Source: Macrostomum hystrix
Taxonomy: Eukaryota > Animalia > Platyhelminthes
Direction of reading: 5' to 3'
Assembly: GCA_950097015.1 (NCBI GenBank)
Contig: CATNEN010000031.1
Span: 1,116,001 to 1,180,000 of the forward strand
Length of the DNA: 64,000 nt
In this document: in pieces, positions 24,332-35,019 of the stretch
Layout: each line of letters opens with the position of its first letter
How positions within the stretch are numbered: the stretch's first letter is position 1
Position numbers and translations under genes: made by a program
Notes under the pieces: model-generated
Told to the model about the DNA's origin: nothing
Seen by the model: only the letters and a program-made list of their open reading frames with translations
Databases searched by the model: none

Positions 24332-25579
24332 ATGGAGGAGACTCTCATGCGGCTGAGCAGCTCCAGCACCGCCTCGGTGGTCTGGAACCTGCTGGCTGCC
24401 ATCACGGTGGCCATCATGCTGTTCTGCCTGGCCGGCCTGCGCTGCTGCCTGCTGCGCCGCTACCGACTCGGCAGCCTCCTCATCCTTCGCTGGATCTGCC
24501 TAGGGAACCTCTGCTTTGTGCTGCACCGGGTTGCGTTCCTCCTGTTGAATGCCGTCCTGCCGGCGCCAGTGTCCACCGCACCGCGGGGCAGTAAGCTGTT
24601 AATCACTTGGACCTGCAAGTTGTACATGGCGCTGGAGTCGCTGCTAATGCTGGTGCAGACCTGGCTGCTAGTTTTGTTGGCATTAGAGAGAGCAACGATG
24701 AAGCTGCACCCGTACATAGGCCTGCGCTACTTCAGCCGCCTTCGCCTGCGGGTCGGCGTAGCCATAGCCGGCATTCTAGCGTTCTCCTTGCACATAAACT
24801 ACATCTACATGTTCGCACCGGTGGCTCGTATTGGTTTCGGCGATCCGGTTACTCACGCATCCGTCGAGGCAAACACATCGTCGGAGGCGCTAATTTTGAC
24901 AACTCTGACGCCGGACATTGATGTAGAACAGCATGGTCACAGAAACGTTAGCGACCAGCCCATCGGATATCCGCTCATCTGCTCCGTCGACAACGGCTTT
25001 GAAGCCTTCTACAGCTTTGCCTGGCTGGCAGAGATCCTCCTCGGCGTCTATCTCCCGGTTCTAATCGTTAACGTCTGCGTGCTCCTCCTGGGCCTGCACT
25101 GTGCTGCCCATGGCTTCACTCGGCTCACCAACCATCAGGCAGTCCGGCTGCTGCCACCAGGCGCCGCTGGTAATCCACGGTCCATCGCCTGCCTAGTGCG
25201 CTTCAACAACACCATCGACGTTCTGTTCCTGGTACTCAGCCTCTGCTGCTTCCTGCCGCTGGAGTCCATCGGCATCTACAAAGCGTTCAATCTACACGCG
25301 TACGACGCTTCGCAGCCGCAGCTGCTGTACGAACTGCTGCACAACATGCTCCTGCCGGGCAAAAACCTCCTGGATGCCTTGGCCATCGGACCCGCCGTGA
25401 TCTACATGCTGCTGGTCGCCCGGCTGAGCTGCCCCGCCAGCCCGATGCCAGCAAGGACGAAGCGGGGCGACTGCAGCAGCGGCCGCGGGGACGACAGCGC
25501 CGGCATTGGCAGCTGCAGCAGATTCACCCGGGACCCAATCGAGCTGGAAGAGCTCAGTCCAAGCAGTCACGCGGTCTAA
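24332..25579 (+). CDS. Intronless orphan rhodopsin-like (class A) GPCR
   Basis: Open frame with ~7 hydrophobic segments, TM3 CKLYMALESLL...LLALERA (DRY-like), ECL2 Cys (LICSV), TM5 LGVYLP and TM6 CCFLP. Start is taken at the ATG after ttacag|gcc; the frame is open from 24242. Confidence 0.75.
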   Translation: MEETLMRLSSSSTASVVWNLLAAITVAIMLFCLAGLRCCLLRRYRLGSLLILRWICLGNLCFVLHRVAFLLLNAVLPAPVSTAPRGSKLLITWTCKLYMALESLLMLVQTWLLVLLALERATMKLHPYIGLRYFSRLRLRVGVAIAGILAFSLHINYIYMFAPVARIGFGDPVTHASVEANTSSEALILTTLTPDIDVEQHGHRNVSDQPIGYPLICSVDNGFEAFYSFAWLAEILLGVYLPVLIVNVCVLLLGLHCAAHGFTRLTNHQAVRLLPPGAAGNPRSIACLVRFNNTIDVLFLVLSLCCFLPLESIGIYKAFNLHAYDASQPQLLYELLHNMLLPGKNLLDALAIGPAVIYMLLVARLSCPASPMPARTKRGDCSSGRGDDSAGIGSCSRFTRDPIELEELSPSSHAV

Positions 25580-27818
25580 CTCTGATTTCTAAACGTTATT
25601 TTTATTAACACCTGCAACATAAAGTTACGTTCCAATCAGCTTACCTGCTTTCTGTCTCGTGTTCGCACCGTGGTATTGTATCAGCGGTCTCGCTTGAGTC
25701 TCTAATTGCAGTCGCTTGTGAACTACTTGTTCATGTTCCACTTCACTGTTGTTGAGCACTGCCCGTCAGTCTGGCTTTCCTTCAGCTCTTTGCAACTTCG
25801 CTTCTGTCCCTTTACAGACAATGTGAATTTCATGGCTTTGTTATAGTATTGGCTTCTTGCTTTGAGACTGTTTTGAGTGGCACTCGCTAATCAGCTCAAG
25901 CTTGACAATAGTTCGCGACAGGCTTAGAAATCTGATTGGCTGATAACGCGTTGATTTCTGTCGCTCTGGAAGCCGGCCGGTTACCAATGTCCATTTCGTG
26001 GCGAAGTGTTTACAGAGGCATTGGCAAACACCAGTGGCATGTATTTTGGGTCTAGTCTTCGTTTGCTTAGTCCTCATATGCGAGTATTATACCAATTTTT
26101 GCAAGAAGACCAGTGCACTGTAAAATCATCGTATAACTATTTACTACCAGTTGAAAATCGCGTTTAGTTGAAACAGCTCCAAATACAATAATATGTTACC
26201 TTTCTATAGCACAGAGAATGTTTTAAACATCTTATCCTCTGGCTTGTGCAATGGCCTGGAATCAATAAAGAAGTGGATAGTTTCAAATTACGATTTAGAC
26301 AGATGGATCGATGATTATAGACTAATCTACTCGTACATGAGCATAAATAGGTGAACTTTATAACTCATAGCGTATCATCTGTGGCCTTCAATTATCACCT
26401 GAGCTGCTAGCCATCAGTTGAGCATATAGAAAATGAATAATTCAATGATGCAGTAAATGGAAGCGATCAGAGCTTGTGAAGTCGTCATCAGGCGTCCATG
26501 GTCAATTTTCGATCAAACAGTGTCAAATGGAAAGCTTTTCCGAATACGGTGGATGCTAATTTTAGATCAATGCATGAGGTTTTTTCCTTCTGAATATTTG
26601 CGAGTATATACTTATCTTCGGCAAGCCTGGATGGCCAGGCTTTGTGACACTTGAAGCTTGAAAAGATTTCAGCATGAAAATTGCGAAGGAAAGCTTAAAC
26701 TCCAAGTTTCACGGAATCATGTGATCAATAAAAGAGAGCTGGGGAGCGAGGCGTTCTTCCTAGCTGAAGATTAACCGCTAGCAGTCTATGACCAAGGAGG
26801 CGTGTCCCAGTTGCGATGAGGGTGATCAGATGCGTGATCCACCTGTGTAGGTGAGAATAGCGGGTTCGCGGAGCTCTCAATATAAGCTTTGTGACAGACC
26901 CACCCAATGGCATGCAGCTCTATTGCAAAAATATCATCGGCAGGGAATTTTAGCCCCACTTCAGGGACAGAAGCTAAATAAGGACATGGTTGGGATGGAT
27001 GCCAATCAATGATAGGAGATGAACAGGCCTCACAAAGCCTTTCCAAATTCCTCAATAGGCCCTCGAGGCAGTTCCGATTCACTGGCGCCTTGTGAACAGG
27101 TATAATTGCGCGGAACAATTAGCAGGTAAAATACACACCTGCAGACAATTGCATGAAACTCCAGCTAGCTGTCAGCTTCTCATCTGCGAGCCTCAAGGAT
27201 TGGGGGGTTTGGGGTGCTAATCAAGTGCTACCTGTAGTTTCTCTGAGCGTCAGTGAGACGCAAGTTGTGCTTTTATAGATTCAGCTGCATGCAGCGGATG
27301 CTATACATATGAATTCAAGTGACAAGTGTCAGCTGGGATACAGAGCTCGGTACAATGTGTTGAAAATTATTGCTGCGTATAGCCCTCCAGCTAGAACCGC
27401 AGCCGGCGCAGGACATTGAACGGGCTCCTCTCGTACAGGGCTTCCGTTTAAAAGCGATCAACTGATCGACTGCTCGGAAGGCCGTACTGTTTATTAAGTA
27501 CAAGGCCCTCCAAATTAGTTTCATAAGGGGTAGAATCAGAAAGCATAGACTGAGGTGCAATCGATAGACAGTGTTATTATCTGTTCTGCTTCTAGTTTCG
27601 TGCGCCCATCTACGCGGACGAGAATGAGAAAATCCTCAGCTCGACTGACTCGCCATCACACAGACATGCAATTTTTCGGGCAAACGTTCACCACCGTGCC
27701 GCCGTCTGATGTGACAGCGCTTTGTCTTTTTTACTAAAAATTTTCTACGCTTGAAATTTGAACCGATCGAATTGCAATAAATCATGTCTAAAGATAATCT
27801 GATCGATTGCTAGAATAC

Positions 27819-28920
27819 CTCTAAACGCAACTGATCTGAGCGATCAGCTTTCTCCAGAACCTTGCTTTGAATTCGACGCATTTTGAGGACGCTAATTTTG
27901 GTCGAGTTCTCCATGACAGTGTCGATCGATCCGAAGCTGCAAATCTTCTCTGGCCTCCAATTCGAGATGCTAAACTTGAGGCTGCTGCAGCCAGCGAACA
28001 CCAGCTTCATCTCGCGGTTGCTAGGGGCGCAAAGTTCAGGGACCGCGCTGTGTGGGGGTGGTTGCTAGGGTGTTCAACCTTGCAGTGACACTTTCCAAAG
28101 AAATCCAAATATCCGGCCAGGTGCTATGGTGGATCTTGACACCAATGCAAATTTGCTCACAAGAAGCGCTGAGCAATTAGTTTGGTTTATTTAATTTTGC
28201 TAATCATAATAATTCTCTTTTATGGTTTACCGGTGTGTGTCTGTGTGCGTGCTCAAGTCATGATACCTTTATGAGCACAGTTTTAAGTGGATTCAAATAT
28301 CCACAATCTTCTTTTTTTCTGTATCTGCCTGCGAAACGATGCGTTCTGTTCGCCCGAAAATCCCTTATGAAAACAGAATTTGCCCAAAGTGTAAAGTCGG
28401 GGTCAAAAATGAAGTACATATTTTCTTTTCCGGTACAACTGGGATCCTTATAAGGCGGCAAGGGGAAATTTCGTTGAGGACATCTTAGTTCCACCCCTGG
28501 GCAGTGCTTAGCGTCTCCCTTCCAAATCAAGGACGTGGCAGATACTGTACACGGAGGTTCGCTTGAAATCTATAGCATTCGAGAAATGTCGCCCACTGGT
28601 TCACCTCTTTGAAAATTGGAAAATAATTGGAAAATAATTGGAAAGTTATGGGAAAATAATTAGAAAATAATTGGAAAAAAATTGAAAAATTATTGGAAAA
28701 TAATTGGAAATAATTGGAAAATAAATTGGAAAATAATTGGAAAATTATTGGAAAATGATTGGAAAATAATTGGAATATTTTTGGAAAATAATTGGAAAAT
28801 AATCGAGGTTTCTTTTTTCTCGCGTACCTTGGATTCTCCATTTTATGTATCGATAGCTGAAAATGATGACACTTTTTGGGCAGCGAACTTTACAAGCCTG
28901 TTTGAGTACATTAGATTGAG
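27819..28920 (-). CDS. Candidate multi-exon gene, Cys-containing protein of unrecognised family (partial)
   Basis: Three open, phase-compatible GT-AG exons: 28920-28828, 28544-28267, 28064-27819. An 11-bp minisatellite sits in the first intron, as in the real genes. No homology recognised. Confidence 0.4.
28612..28803. repeat. Minisatellite, 11-bp unit (ggaaaataatt)
   Basis: About 17 degenerate copies. Confidence 0.9.
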
Positions 28921-29621
28921 CTATAGACAGGTGTTTAGATTTCTAAATGTCTGCCCGCTGCTGTCTAATATTGTAGGCGAATGGCTTCTTCCTGTGGTTT
29001 AGAAGGAGGAAGACGGAACTACTAAATGTGTTTCCTGAATGCTGAATAACCTGAAAATGAGTAATAATTTCAGGAAAGAATCCCAAAGTAAACAATGTGA
29101 AGCATCTGAGATTTTGAGATTCATAATTTGTGTCAAATATCAATTTTTCTCTCAAAATGCAAATTTCCCAGAATTTTTTTTGTTCTCAAACAAACAAGCA
29201 GTCCCGAAATCGAATATAGGTCGGGAGAATGCATTAATTATGATTCCAATTCTCTCTCGCATGTGTTCATCGATGAGACAGCTGACAGCCATGCTCACTT
29301 ATTGCTCAAGGTTATACGATGCGCAGATGAGTAGGAGACTGAGGACGGGAAAGGGACAGATGGATAAGGACAAAAGTACGGTAGGACTCGAACAGCTGAC
29401 TATTCGTTCAAATACATTTGTCGCATAGTAGAAGTTATAAATTATCAACCGCAAATTAAGATTCACGTTTACCCGCCAAAGGACGATCATTAGAATGTTA
29501 GGACGATGTCACTGCTCCGAACATCAGAATTTCATTAGGTTATATACTCCTAATTCATCACAAATGCCACTAAGTGTAATGTCTTTTTATTGCACTCTGG
29601 TGTCAGAAAAAGCACTACTGC

Positions 29622-30658
29622 TACGATTCTAGTGACTGTTTGTGATCTGATTCTAGTGACTGTTTGTGATCTGATTCTAGTGACTGTTTGTGATCTGATT
29701 CTAGTGACTGTTTGTGATCTGATTCTAGTGACTGTTTGTGATCTGATTCTAGTGACTGTCTGTGATTTGATTCTAGTGACTGTTTGTGATCTGATTCTAG
29801 TGACTGTTTGTGATCTGATTCTAGTGACTGTTTGTGATCTGATTCTAGTGACTGTTTGTGATCTGATTCTAGTGACTGTTTGTGATTTGATTCTAGTGAC
29901 TGTTTGTGATCTGATTCTAGTGACTGTTTGTGATTTGATTCTAGTGACTGTTTGTGATTTGATTCTAGTGACTGTTTGTGATTTGATTCTAGTGACTGCA
30001 TCTGTGATTTGATTCTAGTGACTGCATCTGTGATTTGATTCTAGTGACTGTCTGTGGTTGATTCTAGTGACTGTTTGTGATTTGATTCTAGTGACTGCAT
30101 CTGTGATTTGATTCTAGTGACTGTCTGTGATTTGATTCTAGTGACTGCATCTGTGATTTGATTCTAGTGACTGTTTGTGATTTGATTCTAGTGACTGTTT
30201 GTGATCTGATTCTAGTGACTGTCTGTGATTTGATTCTAGTGACTGTCTGTGATTTGATTCTAGTGACTGTCTGTGATTTGATTCTAGTGACTGTCTGTGG
30301 TTGATTCTAGTGACTGTCTGTGATTTGATTCTAGTGACTGTCTGTGATTTGATTCTAGTGACTGTCTGTGATTTGATTCTAGTGACTGTCTGTGATTTGA
30401 TTCTAGTGACTGTCTGTGATTTGATTCTAGTGACTGTCTGTGATTTGATTCTAGTGACTGTTTGTGATTTGATTCTAGTGACTGTTTGTGAGTTGATTCT
30501 AGTGACTGCATCTGTGATTTGATTCTAGTGACTGTTTGTGATTTGATTCTAGTGACTGTCTGTGATTTGATTCTAGTGACTGTTTGTGATTTGATTCTAG
30601 TGACTGTCTGTGATTTGATTCTAGTGACTGTTTGTGAGTTGATTCTAGTGACTGTTTG
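29622..30658. repeat. Minisatellite, 24-bp unit (gattctagtgactgtttgtgatct)
   Basis: About 43 copies. Confidence 0.95.
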
Positions 30659-31585
30659 ACTGCTTTCCAATTTTCCAATACGAGTATTAAAGTCAGATTG
30701 ATTCAGTGAAAAAAACTGTTTAAATTTTGTTTCCTAATTCGAGTTTAAATTGCACTAGCAACTTCGGCAGATCTAGCTACCGCAAACAATAATTATAACC
30801 GCCCAGCCTCTATACCTCTGCTTAACTAATTACCAATGTTCAAAGCAGAGATTGTCTTTCACGTCGCCAATTTCTTTAACGTGTCAAATAATTATCTAAT
30901 CCAAATGCAAATGTGACTGTTGCAATTATTATAATTTGACCCAATTCCTTATTAAATATTTTTCTGCTTTTGAAAGAAAAAAAAGTAAAGTACTTCCTAC
31001 CGACAATTACTGCTTTGTATAAAAAGCAAAAATTCAAGTTTTCTGCTTTTGAGACTTCTCAAGAGAAATCAAAATAACAATTAATTGAATGGAAGTCTTA
31101 AAAAAAACTCGACTAAAATGATTAAAGCATATGCTTTTAATTTATTTAATTTATTGCAAGGAGCAGCCTTTCAGCGGTTGTTGCTGTGCATTTTTTATCC
31201 CCAGCTTGGCCCGGCCTATTGGCTATTAATTATTTGTATTTATTATTTAACTGGCCAAAGCCAGTCGTTTAACGGACTAGGCCGATTAAACGTATCCTGC
31301 GGTCAAACAATACATTAAACAACTTAACGTTGCTTTAGGATTAAATGCTATAACACCCCCTGAAATCGTTGTCTATGGCCAAAGAAACGAAATCAGGGGG
31401 TGTTATTCTATACTTATATCCTCAATTATTAATTTACGAGTATCTCGTCTAGACAAATAGTTAAAATTCCTGCTTTCTACAATTTTTAGAGAGTTTAATT
31501 GCGAATGAATAAAACAAATATTCCAGCAGGACACAAAGATTGTATGAAAGTTGTGATATTGTCAACTTACTAAACTGACATACAA

Positions 31586-32136
31586 TCTAGCTGTTGGATA
31601 CAGATTGCCTAGCTGTTGGATACAGATTGCCTAGCTGTTGGATACAGATTGCCTAGCTGTTGGATACAGATTGCCTAGCTGTGGGATGCAGATTGCCTAG
31701 CTGTTAGATACAGATTGCCTAGCTGTTGGATACATATTGCCTAGCTGTTGGATACAGATTGCCTAGCTGTTGGATGCAGATTGCCTAGCTGTTGGATGCA
31801 GATTGCCTGGCTGTTGGTTACATATTGCCTAGCTGTGGGATGCAGATTGCCTAGCTGTTGGATACAGATTGCCTGGCTGTTGGTTACAGATTGCCTAGCT
31901 GTTGGATACAGATTGCCTAGCTGCTAGATACAGATTGCCTAGCTGTTGGATACAGATTGCCTAGCTGTTGGATACAGATTGCCTAGCTGTTGGATACAGA
32001 TTGCCTAGCTGCTAGATACAGATTACCTAGCTGCTAGATACAGATTGCCTAGCTGTTGGATACAGATTGCCTAGCTGTTGGATACAGATTGCCTAGCTGC
32101 TAGATACAGATTGCCTAGCTGCTAGATACAGATTGC
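31586..32136. repeat. Minisatellite, 22-bp unit (ctagctgttggatacagattgc)
   Basis: About 25 copies. Confidence 0.95.
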
Positions 32137-33139
32137 CTTGCTGTTCAACTACAGTTGGATTAAACGTCGATTGGCAAAGTTGACAAACACGATTCATAAA
32201 ATTACTGAGGAGAGAGAAGCAAGAAAAATAGAAAGACAGAAATAATTCGCGTGTATTTATATCGACCGCTACGAGGTCCACATGAGAGCGGGTTAGAGAG
32301 GGGGTGTGGGGAGTGGTGGTCGGTGTTGCAGCCAGTGTGTACACAGCTGCATGTACACAGAGTGCAGGCGTACAAAAAGCTACATATTAGAAAGACCAAA
32401 CTGGCACAGCAGGCCAGCAGAAGCCAGTTTTAGCTGAATAAAAAGACGTAAAAAATTTGCCTAAATAATATAGCGAACAGCTCTAATAGAAGTGGCGGAC
32501 TTGAAAAGCGCATTGATATTTTTGCTCAAAAATAGACGATTTCGACAGCTCCAAGGGAATCTCCAAGCCAACAAGAATTCAACCAGAGCAGGTATGACAC
32601 AATTTCGAGACATATTTTTGTCATTTAATGGTATATCAGATTCGAAAATCTGAAATTCTTTTGTGACAATGACCGATGAAAAGGTGATGAGACTGGTCTT
32701 TTAGTGCATTTATGCTCCCATTGACTAATATTTTCTGTTTTACATTCTCTTACACAAAAGTCAGACCATACCAGAGGCAATTTTTTAGAAATTTTCAGAC
32801 AGCTGGGGTATTAAGCTTTCATTCTCTTTCTGAAACACAAGAACAACTCCCTAGAGAGTGGAAGAAAATATCTTAATCTGCGTCCCGAATGACGTCCGGC
32901 AATAAAATTTCTACTTCCATTTGATGCTGAATTCAGTTTGCTGAAAGGCCAAAATGTTTATTTGCTCAAATTTGCCCACATTATTCAGCAGCCAACGGGG
33001 AGGGGAGGGCTGCTATCGCCCGCCAGTACATTCGGGCTGTACGTTCAACTGTAAGAGTCCGCGCAAGCTGCACTCAGTGGCTATTTTTAGCTCACTCCAT
33101 TTCGCGCACTTTGCTATCAATCATTGCGAGGGAAAGGAT

Positions 33140-33745
33140 GAGAGGAGTAATGGGAAGGATGGGAGAGGAAGGGGAAGATATTGAAGAGGAAGGAATAGAT
33201 ATTGAAGAGGAAGGGAAAGATGAGATAGGATTGGGAAAGATGAGATAGGATTGGGAAAGATGAGAAAGGAAGGAAGAATGGGGGAGGAAGGAGAAAGATG
33301 GGAGATGAAGGAAGAATGGGGGAGGAAGGAGAAAGATGGGAGAGGAAGGAAGAATGGGGAAGGAAGGAGAAAGATTGGAGATGAAGGAAGAATTGGGGAG
33401 GAAGGAGAAAGATTGGAGATGAAGGAAGAATGGGGGAGGAAGGAGAAAGATGGGAGAGGAAGGAAGAATGGGGAAGGAAGGAGAAAGATGGGAGAGGAAG
33501 GAAGAATGGGGAAGGAAGGAGAAAGATGGGAGAGGAAGGAAGAATGGTGGAGGAAGGGGAGGATGTGGCAAGAAGGGGAAGATGGGAGAGAAAGGACAGG
33601 GACGAGAGAGAAATTACAGGATGGGAGAGAAATTACAGGATGGGAGAGAAATTACAGGATGGGAGAGAAATTACAGGATGGGAGAGAAATTACAGGATGG
33701 GAGAGAAATTACAGGATGGGAGAGAAATTACAGGATGGGAGAGAA
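33140..33745. repeat. Purine-rich compound tandem repeat
   Basis: GA-rich ~29-bp units followed by 19-bp gagagaaattacaggatgg units. Confidence 0.9.
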
Positions 33746-35019
33746 ATGATTTGGCTCAACTTCAGTAGTAGGGCAAGGTCACAAATGTTAATAGCCAGAA
33801 TAGCCTACTAGTCTTATCCAAGTAGTCTAAATCCCAGCTAACACCAGATATCAATCCGTGTGCAGGAGGTCGTATTCAGCGAGCGCACGCACTGTGAAGC
33901 GACACGTCTTGTTTGAGATTTGAGGCGAGCAGTTTGTAGCAGTTCTCAGCCTCACCAGCCAGCCATGCAGTGGGAGTTGGTGTCAACAGTTAAGAACTAT
34001 GATCAAACGATACTGCTCAAACTCAAAGCCAAACGCTGCCAGGTAAGAAAACTGTATAGTAGGAGATTACTAACTCAATTTATGGATATGATATTTATGT
34101 TATTCGAAGACTGCGCTACCTGCCATAAAACTATACTATTTTGTTTGATACAAGGATAGCCAATCAATGCGATTTCAAAGGGTAGGCGGGCGGTCACTCT
34201 GCTGCGCTTCATAAAAAAGCATTATAAACAAGCAGATGTCAATTCAAGCCACTCCCAAATGGCAAATGGTACACTGAGGGATTAGGGATCAACGGCAGTC
34301 CCAGATGCGTCATAAATGTGTATCACTGCCCAACAGCGACCATTGCATTGTATAATCAGCTGTCTCTGTGTGAGCTGGTGCTTTTTGAGCCTGTTGAGCA
34401 GCAAGGCGATATGGATCAAAGGATAAAAGGCAAGGCCATAGATTAGGGCAGCGAAGATGGTTAGACAGGTAGAGGATCCCTTGCCACGCGAACCCCCCCG
34501 GCCTCAATATATTTTAAATGATAAATATATTTGGTTGGACTAGAAAATGAGTGTGTGAAATCCTAGGGGGAAGAGGATTAACAGCGATCGATAAATAATG
34601 GGGAGAGATCGGTGTGTCGATGACTAGGCGAGAACGTACGCAAGTTAGCGCGATGGGGGCACGGAGAAAAATCGATAAAATACGGCACATTTCGGGGCAG
34701 GCAGACATGGGGCTAGAGAATGATTAGCTGTGATTCACTGTGCTTGGCTGGATTAGCTCATGATTGATGTGAGGTAGGAATCGACAAACTTCTAATACAA
34801 ATATTCAGGGAACTTCAAAGTTTCACTGTTGTGTGCCACTGACTAAATCAAATCTCTACTAGATTTACTTATGGCACATATGCAACATGCCTATATCAAG
34901 GACTACTAACAACTACAATGAGACTATTGTATTGAGGTTGTGTGGAATCAGCCATAGACACATAATTTAGCCAGCCTGCGTTGTTTAGTAGTCCTTGACT
35001 GGAGATAAAAGTCCCTGGA

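Noticed and set aside
25620-25815. Exon-like segment on minus (aag|...|gtaagc)
   Set aside because: Stops in all three frames; at most a UTR exon with no assignable gene.
26786-27118. 110-aa minus-strand ORF
   Set aside because: No recognisable motif or clear splice sites; it could belong to the candidate gene upstream, but this is unsupported.
34500-34720. Possible Helitron 3' end on minus (gcgtacgttctcgcctag|t)
   Set aside because: The hairpin is weak and there is no second copy in the window.
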